Notes: a model not told the origin generated them from the sequence alone. Counted from the stretch's first letter, positions 1-9,339 are shown. The stretch is 64,000 nucleotides of DNA from Acidimicrobiales bacterium (GCA_965216675.1 CBDCGK010000004.1:2055692-2119691); one strand, 5' to 3'. A program made the numbers and translations.

Positions 1-635
1 GAGGCGGCGCCCGGCCTGATGTGGGAGACGTCGATGCCGCAGTGGACGACCTCGACCCGCCCGACGTTCCCGCACTCGGCGATGATGGCCGATCGGTTGT
101 ACTCGGAGATGGCGGCGATGAAGGCGGCCTCGGCGACCTTCGTCTTCATCATCGCCCGATGCCGGTGTACATCGGAACCGTGGGCGACAACGCTGTAGGG
201 CAAACCGGTCAGCCGGCCGATGACCCACGCGGCGAAGCCGCCGTGGGTCAGGAAGTGGGCGTGAACGTGTGAGACGTTGGAGGCCCGAAGATCATCTGCG
301 ATCGAACACGTCCGTGGCAGCAGATACAGATCCTTGAGCAACATGTGGGGAGAACGCCAGGTGTCGGCGAGGAGGCGGCCGATGATGGACCCGATCGCCC
401 GGGGTCGGGTGGCGACGAGGTTCAGGATCGCCCCAACGGCCCGCGTCCCCCACGGGCGGCCGTAGTTGGCCCGTTCGACGAGGGTCGCGGCCTTCGATTG
501 ATGGGGTCCCGGCTGTTCGGTGAGGAGGGGATGAATGTGGACCGTGAGGCCCTGGCCTTCCAGACCGAGAATCTCGTTGACGACGAAGGTCTCGGTGAAC
601 TTGGGAAATCGCGACATGACGACGGCGATCTCCAT
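1..635 (-). CDS. Glycosyltransferase family 4, N-terminal part (3' end lies beyond the window start)
   Basis: Absent from the ORF track because it has no stop in the window. My minus-strand translation from ATG at 635 reads MEIAVVMSRFPKFTETFVVNEILGLEGQGLTVHIHPL...HAHFLTHGGFAAWVIGRLTGLPYSVVAHGSDV. It shares the SRFPK-TETF N-terminal pattern of the GT4 at 18994-20265. The start is 14 nt after the stop of the upstream gene (650). Confidence 0.65.
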   Translation of the reverse strand, partial: MEIAVVMSRFPKFTETFVVNEILGLEGQGLTVHIHPLLTEQPGPHQSKAATLVERANYGRPWGTRAVGAILNLVATRPRAIGSIIGRLLADTWRSPHMLLKDLYLLPRTCSIADDLRASNVSHVHAHFLTHGGFAAWVIGRLTGLPYSVVAHGSDVHRHRAMMKTKVAEAAFIAAISEYNRSAIIAECGNVGRVEVVHCGIDVSHIRPGAA

Positions 636-649
636 GGGGGGCGCGGCCG

Positions 650-2473
650 TCATAGCTTCGACGCCCGACGGTCGTCGTCCGCCGTGAGGGCCGAGTCGCC
701 GTTCTGGCCGTGCCCGCCATCATCGCTCGACGGATCGTCGTCGACGGCGTCATCATCATCGAGATCGGTGGCGTCGGTGTCGGTGTGATCATCGACGTCG
801 GTGTCATCGTCGACGTCGAGATCGGTCGCGTCGAGGTCGGAATCGTCGAGATCGTCACCGTCATCGACGTCGTCCTCGTCTTCGTCCTCGGCGAGAGCGG
901 AGGCATGAAGATCGGAGTCGTCGAGCGCGGAGTCGTCGAGGACGTCGTAGAGATCGTCGAAGGCCAGGTAGTCGAGCTCGTCGTCGATGTCATCGCCCAG
1001 CTCGTCGTCATCGTCGTCATCGTCGTCATCGAGCTCATCGTCACCGTCGTCGTCGAACAGACCGTCGAGGTCGTCGTCGAACTCGTCGTACGCCGAGACG
1101 TTCTCGTCGTCGGTCGACTCGACGTCGCTCGAGACCGTCTCGGCGCGGACATCTTCGTTCGAAGCCGGGTCGACCACGTCTCCGATCACAGCGATATCGG
1201 CGTCCAGTCGCGGCCTCGCCGTCGACAGCGACGTGGCCATGATCAGCTCACCGCCGTCGAGTTCCAACACTGCTGTCGGCTTGGAGTTCAAACGGTCCAG
1301 GTCATCAAGCAGCGTGCGAACATCGCGACGTTCGGTCCGGCCCGAGCGCACGACCGGCACGATGCGGTCGACCGCCGGGACCGCCGTGAGAGCCCGGACC
1401 GACTTCCCGACCGCCGGCGCGACCAGGAAGAGAAGCTTGCTGTCGGAGCTCTCAGCGACCCGGGCGATTCGTTTGACGCCGGATTCGGTGTTGAGATCGA
1501 GCGGATCGATGATCTCGAGACCGAGGGCTGGATCGATGGCCGTCAGCAGCCGCCGGTCGGGGTCAAGGTCGGACAACACGACCGAACAGCTCAGGCGATG
1601 CCCGGCCAGAGCAAGAACCGCCACCAGTCGGGCAACATCGTCTTCGAGATCCTCGGTGACCGGCACGAACAGCATGGATCGGAACTGACCGAGCTGGATT
1701 CCCTTGATGACGAGCTGCTGGAAGATCAACTCGTATTCGTCGAGCTTGTTGGCCACCTGTTTCGCCGGCTTCCGGCGGAACAGCCGGCGGCGCCTGCTGG
1801 TCACGTGCTGAAGCGAGAAGACGTCGAGCCCGAGCAGCTCCAGGTACTGCCGATCGACCGGCCGGCGGCGGCTTCGAGGGGCCAGACCGCCAAGGGCCAG
1901 CCCGACACCCCCGCCCAGAATGGAGGTTCCGAGCAACGTCAGAATCGACCGGCTGCTCACCGGTTGGGCCGGGTCGGTGGCGTCGTCGAGCACGCGGACC
2001 TGACCTGGAGCCGGCCCGGTCACCGCAAGGTTGTCGGACTGCTGTTGTGATCCTTCGACCAGAACGATGAGATCGGCGGCCAACGTGGTTGCGAGGCGAG
2101 GAGGGTTGGTCGGGTCGTCACCGGTGACGACGAGCAGGATCACCCGTGACTTGTCGTCGGCGATCGCTCTGACATCACCGTCCTCGACGGTCACCCCGAG
2201 TGAGTCGGCCGCCCGGTTCACGGCGTTGCGACTGCTGAGCAGGTCGGCGTAGGTGCGCGACAGCAGACCGGCGGCGTCGAGTGTCGAACGGTCGGCGCCG
2301 ACAGGACCGACGAGCAACTGCATGGTCGACTCGTAACGTTGCTGCTGCGCGGAGCTGATGGCGACGCCGGCCGCAAGACCGACGAGGACCCCGAAGAGAA
2401 CGAAGACGGCACGTCGGACGAGACGGGCTCTTGCCCCCGGCTCGTCCCTTCTCATCCCTCCTGCTCTGATCAT
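650..2473 (-). CDS. Polysaccharide co-polymerase (Wzz/PCP-2-like) with a degenerate BY-kinase-like domain and a poly-acidic C-terminal tail
   Basis: Taken from ORF 650..2968. I place the start at ATG 2473 (MIRAGGMRR), which overlaps the stop of the upstream deacetylase gene (ATGA, 2470-2473). Two TM segments (VFVLFGVLVGLAAGVAI and LTLLGTSILGGGVGLALGGL) flank a Wzz-like loop. The cytoplasmic domain has no Walker A where BY-kinases have one (VPVTEDLEDDVARLVAVLALAG). The last ~170 aa are almost entirely D/E. Confidence 0.7.
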   Translation of the reverse strand: MIRAGGMRRDEPGARARLVRRAVFVLFGVLVGLAAGVAISSAQQQRYESTMQLLVGPVGADRSTLDAAGLLSRTYADLLSSRNAVNRAADSLGVTVEDGDVRAIADDKSRVILLVVTGDDPTNPPRLATTLAADLIVLVEGSQQQSDNLAVTGPAPGQVRVLDDATDPAQPVSSRSILTLLGTSILGGGVGLALGGLAPRSRRRPVDRQYLELLGLDVFSLQHVTSRRRRLFRRKPAKQVANKLDEYELIFQQLVIKGIQLGQFRSMLFVPVTEDLEDDVARLVAVLALAGHRLSCSVVLSDLDPDRRLLTAIDPALGLEIIDPLDLNTESGVKRIARVAESSDSKLLFLVAPAVGKSVRALTAVPAVDRIVPVVRSGRTERRDVRTLLDDLDRLNSKPTAVLELDGGELIMATSLSTARPRLDADIAVIGDVVDPASNEDVRAETVSSDVESTDDENVSAYDEFDDDLDGLFDDDGDDELDDDDDDDDDELGDDIDDELDYLAFDDLYDVLDDSALDDSDLHASALAEDEDEDDVDDGDDLDDSDLDATDLDVDDDTDVDDHTDTDATDLDDDDAVDDDPSSDDGGHGQNGDSALTADDDRRASKL

Positions 2474-3732
2474 GACGCGTTGCTTTCCTCGCCGCCTTCC
2501 GGCGATCGCCCGCTGCGATCGGGACGCTGGACGCGATCGGACCAGGGCAGCATCTGGATTCGCAGCGCGTTCATCCCCGTCCGCCTGCTCACGTTGAAAC
2601 GGCCGATCAGAAGTGGATCGTCGCTGTCGATCCGGTGCGCGGCCCGGCGCGTGGTGAAGGCCAACTCGAAATCGAGATCCTCGACCACGGCCCGGACCTC
2701 CGGCGTCCACTGACCGCTCGGATAGGCGAAGACGGGCGGTACCGTGCCCAACTGCTCCCGAAGGTCTTCGAGCGAACCGGCGATCTCGGCGCGGACATCG
2801 GCCGGGTCGAGCTGGTCGAGGTGGGGATGGCTCCGGGTGTGGGGACAGACCGAAATCCCGGCCTCCGCCGCCTTCCGGACGTCGGCCCAACTCATCACGT
2901 CGGCCGGTGGAGGGCTGACACCGAGGGCGGCCGTGAGCTCGCCGACCGCCGCCATCGCGTCGGCCCATGGGATCCGTTTGAAGTGCTCACGAAGCTCACC
3001 GAACGCGGCAGTCCGATCGGCCTCGGTGTGGAGAGGGTGTCGCCCGATCGGCTCGACCGGGGTCGAGGACTGGTCGGTCTTCATCACCGCTGCGTGCACC
3101 GCGTCCCACCAAAACCACGTGTCGGAACGGTCGACATAACCGGTCGGAACGAAGAGGACGGCGGGCAGGCCGTGAGCGACCAGAGCGGGGAGCGCATGGT
3201 CGACGAAATCGTCGACCGCGTCGTCGAAGGTGAGGAGGACGGCCCCGGGCGGCAGCAGGTCTCGATCAGCACGGGCGGCCATCACCGTGTCGAGCGACAC
3301 GACGTTGAAGTGGGACTGCAGGATGTCGAGGTGACGGTCGAATTCGGAGGGGGTGGCGCTGATGAGGCCGGGATGGCGGCCGTCGTCGGTGACCTCGGTG
3401 ACGCGATGGTAGGTGAGCGTGCACAACCTCCCCGGCGGCCATGTTCCGAGGCGTTCGATGCCGTCGAGAACCAGTGACGTGCCCCGCGCCTTGAGCAACC
3501 GACGTCCGACTGTGGAGAGACCGACCACGATCAGCCTCCGGGCTCTCGTCGGAACCGGTTCAGAGCCAGATTGGACGCGACAAGCCGACAGCTCAGAGCT
3601 CCGGCTTGTTCTGTCGTCTCGTCCATGTGGCCCATCGTCACGCTCGAGGCCTCCCCAGTTCTTACCAGTCCCCAACTTTATCAGCAAGTAAAGGGCGGAT
3701 TGACGGCCGGAGGGCCCGCTGAGTGAGGTCAT
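2470..3732 (-). CDS. Polysaccharide deacetylase (NodB homology domain)
   Basis: Motifs LLTFDDAVDD and CPHTRSHPHL, plus the typical TYHRV segment. The start is uncertain: I chose ATG 3732, but the ORF is open up to 3879. Confidence 0.8.
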   Translation of the reverse strand: MTSLSGPSGRQSALYLLIKLGTGKNWGGLERDDGPHGRDDRTSRSSELSACRVQSGSEPVPTRARRLIVVGLSTVGRRLLKARGTSLVLDGIERLGTWPPGRLCTLTYHRVTEVTDDGRHPGLISATPSEFDRHLDILQSHFNVVSLDTVMAARADRDLLPPGAVLLTFDDAVDDFVDHALPALVAHGLPAVLFVPTGYVDRSDTWFWWDAVHAAVMKTDQSSTPVEPIGRHPLHTEADRTAAFGELREHFKRIPWADAMAAVGELTAALGVSPPPADVMSWADVRKAAEAGISVCPHTRSHPHLDQLDPADVRAEIAGSLEDLREQLGTVPPVFAYPSGQWTPEVRAVVEDLDFELAFTTRRAAHRIDSDDPLLIGRFNVSRRTGMNALRIQMLPWSDRVQRPDRSGRSPEGGEESNAS

Positions 3733-3958
3733 CGTGCCCGAGGTCCCGATCACCGCCGACGAGCGAAGGAAAGGGGTTGGGCAACGTTTCCTAAAGAGAC
3801 CGATCGCGATCGGGATAGATCCGGACCGAAGTTTACAAAGACATGGACAATCCGTTGCTGTTGGCGAACGAAATGACATAAAACAACGGTGCTAGGCCGG
3901 TTTGCGACGACTGGTGCAACCAGGCCGACAGCGGGCATTAGTAGTTGCAGAGGTGTGT

Positions 3959-5662
3959 ATGAGTATCCGCGGAGTCATTCCGTTGCTTGTCGTCGCCATG
4001 ATCGGAGTCACGATCATGGTGGCCCAGCCGGAATCGGCCGGGGCCATCAACCCGTATCGGAGCATTTGGCTCACGCAGGCGGAGTTGGAGTCACTGCCCA
4101 TGAGTGGTCCGGCGTGGAACGCCGTCGTGGCCGAGGCAGAAGGTCGATTCGAGTCCCCCGACATTTCCGACAACTCGTCGGACCACGACACCCAGACGTT
4201 CGCTGCTGCTCTCGTGGCCGCCAGGACCGGCGACTCCGCGATGCGCCAGAAGACGGTCGAGGCCATCAGCTCGGCCATCGGCACCGAGAGCGGCGGCAAT
4301 ACGCTCGCGCTGAGCCGCAACCTCGTCGGCTACGTGCTGGCCGCCGACCTCATCGATCTGCCGTCGGCGTCGCCGAACGTCGACGCCAGGTTCCGGGAGT
4401 GGCTGAACACGGTGCGACGGAGGGATCTCGACGGTCGCACACTGATCTCCACCCACGATGATCGGCCCAACAACTGGGGCACCCACGCCGGCGCATCCCG
4501 GATGGCGGCCGCGCTCTACCTCGGTGACGCCACCGACTTCGCCAACGCGACCCGCACTTTCAAGGGGTTGCTCGGCGACCGCTCCGCCTACTCCGATTTC
4601 CGGTATGGAGACCTCGACTGGCAGGCCGACCGGAGCCGACCGGTGGGCATCAATCCCGCCGGCGCAACCATCAACGGCCACAGCGTCGACGGTGTCCTAC
4701 CCGACGACCAGCGTCGCGGCGGTGACTTCGCCTGGCCGCCGCCGTGCGAGAACTACGTGCGTGAGGCGATGCAGGGCATGGTCGTCCAGGCCGAGATCCT
4801 ACGTAGACAGGGCCAGGATGCCTTCGGGTGGTCCGACCGTGCCTTGCTGCGGGCCGCCAAATGGCTGACCGGCACCGCGGGCTGTGAGTTCGAGGGTGAC
4901 GACGAGTGGATCGCCCCGCTCCTCAACGCCGCCTACGGCACCTCATTCCCGGTCTCGACCCCGGTTCGGTCGGGCAAGCACGTCGGCTTCACCGACTGGA
5001 CGCACAGCGGGAGCGGCAGCCGGACGCCCGTCGTGACCACGACCGTGCCGGCGACGACAACCACCGCAGCACCGGATCCGACCGAACCGCCGGCCACCGA
5101 GACCACGGCGCTCCGGGTGTCGACCACGGCGACGACGACCACGAACGCCGCCGACACGCCCGACACCGATGATCGGACATCAGCGTGCACGATCACCGGC
5201 ACCGACGGACCGGATGTGATCAACGGCACCGACGGCGACGACGTCATCTGCGGACTCGGCGGTGACGACACGATCAACGCCGGCCGAGGTAACGACATCG
5301 TGTTCGCAGGTCCGGGTGACGACACCGTCTACGGCGATCGCGGCCGCGACATCCTCAATGGCGAGGACGGCAACGATTTCATCGACGGCGGTCGCAGCAA
5401 CGACTACATCGACGGCGGCGCCGGCGACGACACGCTCGACGGCGGGTCCGCTCGCGACACCATCGTCGGTGGCGGAGGTGACGACGAGATCCACGCCGGA
5501 TCCGGTCACGACATCGTCATGGGCGGCGACGGCGACGACGTCATGAACGGCGAGGACGGCGACGACTTCCTCGACGGCGGCGCCGGAGCCAACCGTCTCG
5601 ACGGCGGCGACGACGACAACATGTGCGCCATGACCGGTGGGGCACGGGCCGACACCTGCTGA
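3959..5662 (+). CDS. Secreted alginate-lyase/heparinase-like protein with a T/P-rich linker and RTX-type Ca-binding nonapeptide repeats
   Basis: Taken from ORF 3902..5662. The start is set at ATG 3959, giving a Sec-type signal (MSIRGVIPLLVVAMIGVTIMVAQPESAGA). The N-domain resembles alginate-lyase-family proteins (weak call). The linker is TTTVPATTTTAAPDPTEPPATETT. About 14 consecutive GGxGxDxxx repeats follow (GLGGDDTIN AGRGNDIVF AGPGDDTVY ...). Confidence 0.6.
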   Translation: MSIRGVIPLLVVAMIGVTIMVAQPESAGAINPYRSIWLTQAELESLPMSGPAWNAVVAEAEGRFESPDISDNSSDHDTQTFAAALVAARTGDSAMRQKTVEAISSAIGTESGGNTLALSRNLVGYVLAADLIDLPSASPNVDARFREWLNTVRRRDLDGRTLISTHDDRPNNWGTHAGASRMAAALYLGDATDFANATRTFKGLLGDRSAYSDFRYGDLDWQADRSRPVGINPAGATINGHSVDGVLPDDQRRGGDFAWPPPCENYVREAMQGMVVQAEILRRQGQDAFGWSDRALLRAAKWLTGTAGCEFEGDDEWIAPLLNAAYGTSFPVSTPVRSGKHVGFTDWTHSGSGSRTPVVTTTVPATTTTAAPDPTEPPATETTALRVSTTATTTTNAADTPDTDDRTSACTITGTDGPDVINGTDGDDVICGLGGDDTINAGRGNDIVFAGPGDDTVYGDRGRDILNGEDGNDFIDGGRSNDYIDGGAGDDTLDGGSARDTIVGGGGDDEIHAGSGHDIVMGGDGDDVMNGEDGDDFLDGGAGANRLDGGDDDNMCAMTGGARADTC

Positions 5663-5896
5663 CGACGCGATCTGTGACCGACGTCATGGTCGGACATCCT
5701 TGACTTCAACCTCACTTGAAGCCTTACGGTCGTAACCGTTGAACGAGGCTCAAACGAAAGGGAGTCAGCCATGTTCGGTTCCGATCAACTCGCACTCGAT
5801 CTCGCCCGGCAGTTCCGCAACGACGCGGAACGCCGGGCGGCCAATCACCGCCTGATCCAGGGTCTGTCGTCCGATGAACGGTCCGGAAACCGGCTA

Positions 5897-6841
5897 CTAC
5901 GTGTAGTCGTCGGGTAGTGCCGTGAACGCCTGCATGCAGCCGGGGCCGCAGAAGTACACGGTGGCCCCCTTGTGCTCGACGTGCAGCGACGCCGGCACTG
6001 CCGCGACCGTCATACCGCACACCGGATCGACCGATGTCTCGACCACGGGTTCGTTGGATGGTGCCCGATGGTCGTGATGTTCCAGGTCACCGGCGTCGAC
6101 ATCGGTCACGGGTCGAGGACGTACCGCGATGACCTCGGCCAGAATCGACAGTGCGATCTCCTCGGGAGTCTGGGCCCCGATGTCGAGTCCTGCGGGCGTG
6201 TGGACCCGCAGCCGGTGCTCGTCGGACAAGCCGAGCGATCCCAGTACGGCATCACCCCGACGTCGGCTTGCGACGAGCCCGATGTAGTCCACGCCGGCGT
6301 CCAGCGCCACGGTCAGCGCCGCCTCCTCACCCCGCCCGTGCGAGGCCACCACGACCGCCGACACGTCGCTGGGCAGCGGCTCCGGCAGGTCGTCGACCAG
6401 ACGTAGATCGAAGCCGAAGAGCCCGGCCCCCCGGTTGAGAGCCAGCGCGATCGGGCTGGTGCCGATCGTGTACACCAGTGCCGGCGGGACGATGGGTTCG
6501 AGGAAGATCTCCAGTGTCCCGCCCGACAGGCACGGATTGGCCACGGTCCGCTGTCCGACCGGGTCGTCCGGCGGCTCACCGCCGCCGGACTCACCGACGA
6601 TACGCAGAAGCAGCGACGCCCCCCGCTCGAGGCAGCCGAGGGCCTCGACCCGCACCGAGCTCTCGGCGCAGGCCCCGCCGACGAACCCCTCGATGTCGCC
6701 GTTTGGCAGGACGATCGCGGTGTCGCCGGCCTTGGCCGAGGTCGGCCGCTCGGCTCGGACCACCGTGGCCGACACGAACGGCACCCGCGTCGCCCGCAAC
6801 TCGATGGCCCGCCCGTCGGCCAGACCGCGCGTGATGCTCAC
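5897..6841 (-). CDS. XdhC/CoxI-family molybdoenzyme maturation protein fused to a C-terminal YHS/TRASH-type metal-binding domain
   Basis: XdhC_CoxI N-domain (VVRAERPTSAKAGDTAIVLPNGDIEGFVGGACAE). XdhC Rossmann-like C-domain (IGTSPIALAL...DYIGLVASRRRG). Terminal VDPVCGMTV...VYFCGPGCMQAF matches the YHS pattern. Lies directly downstream of coxL. Confidence 0.8.
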   Translation of the reverse strand: MSITRGLADGRAIELRATRVPFVSATVVRAERPTSAKAGDTAIVLPNGDIEGFVGGACAESSVRVEALGCLERGASLLLRIVGESGGGEPPDDPVGQRTVANPCLSGGTLEIFLEPIVPPALVYTIGTSPIALALNRGAGLFGFDLRLVDDLPEPLPSDVSAVVVASHGRGEEAALTVALDAGVDYIGLVASRRRGDAVLGSLGLSDEHRLRVHTPAGLDIGAQTPEEIALSILAEVIAVRPRPVTDVDAGDLEHHDHRAPSNEPVVETSVDPVCGMTVAAVPASLHVEHKGATVYFCGPGCMQAFTALPDDYT

Positions 6842-6922
6842 GACCCGACCACCCCCACCGTTCTGCCGTTGACCGACGTCGCTGAGCGACGCGGGACGGC
6901 GGCAGAACAGGTTTGCCGGGGG

Positions 6923-9337
6923 TCAGTCATCGGTGATGGCCAGGTCGGTGCGGAAGCTCCGACCCTGCATGGCCCGCCACACCTGGGCCGGGGTGCAGGG
7001 CATGTCGATGTCTTTGACATTGAACGGGGCCAGCGCATCGACGATGGCGTTGATCACGGCCGGCGGCGAACCGACTGTGGCCGACTCCCCCACCCCCTTC
7101 ACTCCGAGCGGGTGATGGGGCGACGGGGTGACCGTCTCCCCCGTCTCCCACGACGGACACTCCATCGAGGTCGGCAACAGGTAGTCCATGAACGAGGTGC
7201 CGAGACAGTTGCCGCCGGGGTCGAAGGCGATGACCTCCATGAGGGCCATGCCCACACCGTCGGCCAAACCGCCGTGGACCTGGCCCTCGACGATCATCGG
7301 GTTGATCCGGGGGCCGCAGTCGTCGACGGCGATGAACCGGCGGACCTTGACCTCGCCCGTTCCCCGGTCGATGTCGACCACGCAGATGTAGCAGCCGAAC
7401 GGGTAGGTGAGGTTGGGCGGGTCGTAGACGCATTGGGCGTCGAGCTGACCCTCCACCCCTTCCGGCAGCTCCAGCGGACCGTGGGCACCGAGCGCCACCT
7501 CCTGGATCGTGACCGACTTGTCGGGCGAGCCCTTCACCGTGAACACCCCGGTGTCGAACTCGAGGTCGTCGGGGTTGGCCTCCATCATGGTGGCCGCGAT
7601 GATCTTGGCCTTGTCGACCACCCGTCGGGAAGCCACGGCCGCCGCCGCCCCGGAGACCGGGGTCGAGCGGGAGCCGTAGGTTCCCAGACCAAAGGGGGTG
7701 TTGTCGGTGTCGCCGTGGACCACGTCGATGTCGGCGGTCGGGATGCCGGTCACGTGCGACACGATCTGGGCGAACGTGGTCTCGTGGCCTTGCCCCTGGG
7801 TCTGGACCGAGAGGCGGACGACGGCCTTGCCGGTCGGATGGACCCGCACCTCGCAGCCGTCGGCCATGCCGAGCCCGAGGATGTCCATGTGTTTGCGGGG
7901 GCCGGCGCCGACGGTCTCGGTGAAGAACGAGACCCCGATGCCCATCAGTTCGCCGCGCTCACGCTTGGCCGCCTGCTCGGCCCGGAGCTCGTCATAGCCG
8001 GCGATCTCCATCGCCTTCTGCAAGGCGGCCGGATAGTTACCCGAGTCGTACTCCCAACCGGTCGGCGAGTGATACGGGAACTGGTCGGGCTGGATGAAGT
8101 TCTTCATCCGCAGCTCGGCCTCGTCGATCCCGAGGTCGTCAGCCAGACGCTTGATCATCCGCTCGATCAGGTACACCGCCTCGGTCACCCGGAACGAGCA
8201 GGCGTAGGCCACGCCGCCGGGCGCCTTGTTGGTGTAGACGCCGGTGACCTTGCAGTGGGCGGCCGGGTAGTCGTAGGACCCGGTGAAGACGTGGAAGAAG
8301 CCGGCCGGAAACTTGGTGGGCTGAGCGGTGTTGTTGAACGCCCCGTGGTCGGCCAGCACGTCGACCTTCACGCCCAGGATCTTGCCCTCGGACGTGGCGG
8401 CGATCTCGCCGTGCATGTGGTAGTCACGGGCGAACGCGGTGGAGATCAGGTTCTCCGACCGATCCTCCATCCACTTGACCGGCTTCTTGGTCACGATCGA
8501 GCCGACCACCGACAGCACGTAGCCCGGATAGATGCCGACCTTGCCGCCGAACCCGCCGCCGATGTCGGGCGAGATGACCCGGATCTTGTGCTCCGGCAAC
8601 CCGGCCACCAACGCGTAGACCGTGCGGTGGGCGTGCGGGGCCTGAGTGGTGCACCACAGCGTGAGTTTGCCCTCGACCGGGTCCATGTTGGCCACCGACC
8701 CGCAGGTCTCCAGCGGCGCCGGATGGACCCGGGGGTAGAGGATGTCCTCGGTGACGACCACGTCGGCTTTGTCGAACTGGGCCTGGGTGGCGGCGGCGTC
8801 GCCCGACTCCCAGTCGAAGATGTGGTTGTCGGTCTTGCCCTCGATGTCGGTGCGGATCACCGGCGCGCCGTCGTCGAGCGCGGTGCGGGCGTCGACGACG
8901 GGATCGAGCTCCTCGTATTCGACGTCGATCAACTCCAGGGCGTCACGGGCCGCGTAGTGGTCTTCGGCGATGACGAACGCCACCTCCTGACCCTGGTAGC
9001 GGACCTTGTCGGTGGCCAGGATGGCGATCACATCATGGCTGAGGGACGGGGCCCAGGCCAGGTTCAGCGTCTCCAACACGGCACCGGTGATGACGGCCAC
9101 CACCTTGGGGTGGGCTTCGGCCGCGGAGGTGTCGATGTTGACGATGTTGGCGTGGGCCACCGGGCTGCGCAGCACGGCGCCGTGCAACATGCCGGGCAGT
9201 TTGATGTCGTCGAGGTAGTTGCCCTTACCCCGAACGAAGCGCACGTCCTCTTTGCGAGGTGTTCGACCGAAGCCGACTGTGGCCTCCTCGGTGAACGTGT
9301 CCGAGGACGTGGTTGGTGGGTTCTCGGTGACGGACAT
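6923..9337 (-). CDS. coxL: Aerobic carbon monoxide dehydrogenase large (molybdopterin) subunit, form-I-type
   Basis: 804-aa xanthine-oxidase-family Mo subunit. The active-site loop GGVAYACSFRV fits the form-I AYXCSFR signature. Gene order M-S-L. Confidence 0.9.
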   Translation of the reverse strand: MSVTENPPTTSSDTFTEEATVGFGRTPRKEDVRFVRGKGNYLDDIKLPGMLHGAVLRSPVAHANIVNIDTSAAEAHPKVVAVITGAVLETLNLAWAPSLSHDVIAILATDKVRYQGQEVAFVIAEDHYAARDALELIDVEYEELDPVVDARTALDDGAPVIRTDIEGKTDNHIFDWESGDAAATQAQFDKADVVVTEDILYPRVHPAPLETCGSVANMDPVEGKLTLWCTTQAPHAHRTVYALVAGLPEHKIRVISPDIGGGFGGKVGIYPGYVLSVVGSIVTKKPVKWMEDRSENLISTAFARDYHMHGEIAATSEGKILGVKVDVLADHGAFNNTAQPTKFPAGFFHVFTGSYDYPAAHCKVTGVYTNKAPGGVAYACSFRVTEAVYLIERMIKRLADDLGIDEAELRMKNFIQPDQFPYHSPTGWEYDSGNYPAALQKAMEIAGYDELRAEQAAKRERGELMGIGVSFFTETVGAGPRKHMDILGLGMADGCEVRVHPTGKAVVRLSVQTQGQGHETTFAQIVSHVTGIPTADIDVVHGDTDNTPFGLGTYGSRSTPVSGAAAAVASRRVVDKAKIIAATMMEANPDDLEFDTGVFTVKGSPDKSVTIQEVALGAHGPLELPEGVEGQLDAQCVYDPPNLTYPFGCYICVVDIDRGTGEVKVRRFIAVDDCGPRINPMIVEGQVHGGLADGVGMALMEVIAFDPGGNCLGTSFMDYLLPTSMECPSWETGETVTPSPHHPLGVKGVGESATVGSPPAVINAIVDALAPFNVKDIDMPCTPAQVWRAMQGRSFRTDLAITDD

Positions 9338-9339
9338 GT

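Noticed and set aside
292-2050. Long ORFs 292..1152(-), 710..2050(+) and 987..1688(+), encoding S/T-rich or V/I/D-rich low-complexity proteins.
   Set aside because: They are alternative frames or the opposite strand of the GAC/GAT/GAG-rich acidic-tail region and body of the Wzz-like gene (650..2473). Their composition is a mirror of the poly-Asp coding repeat, and the regions are already explained by genes with recognisable domains.
5185-5645. RTX repeats as evidence for a type I secretion system or toxin.
   Set aside because: There is no ABC transporter, MFP or TolC-like gene in the window. The protein has an N-terminal Sec-type signal and a polysaccharide-cluster context. The repeats are better read as a Ca-binding beta-roll module.
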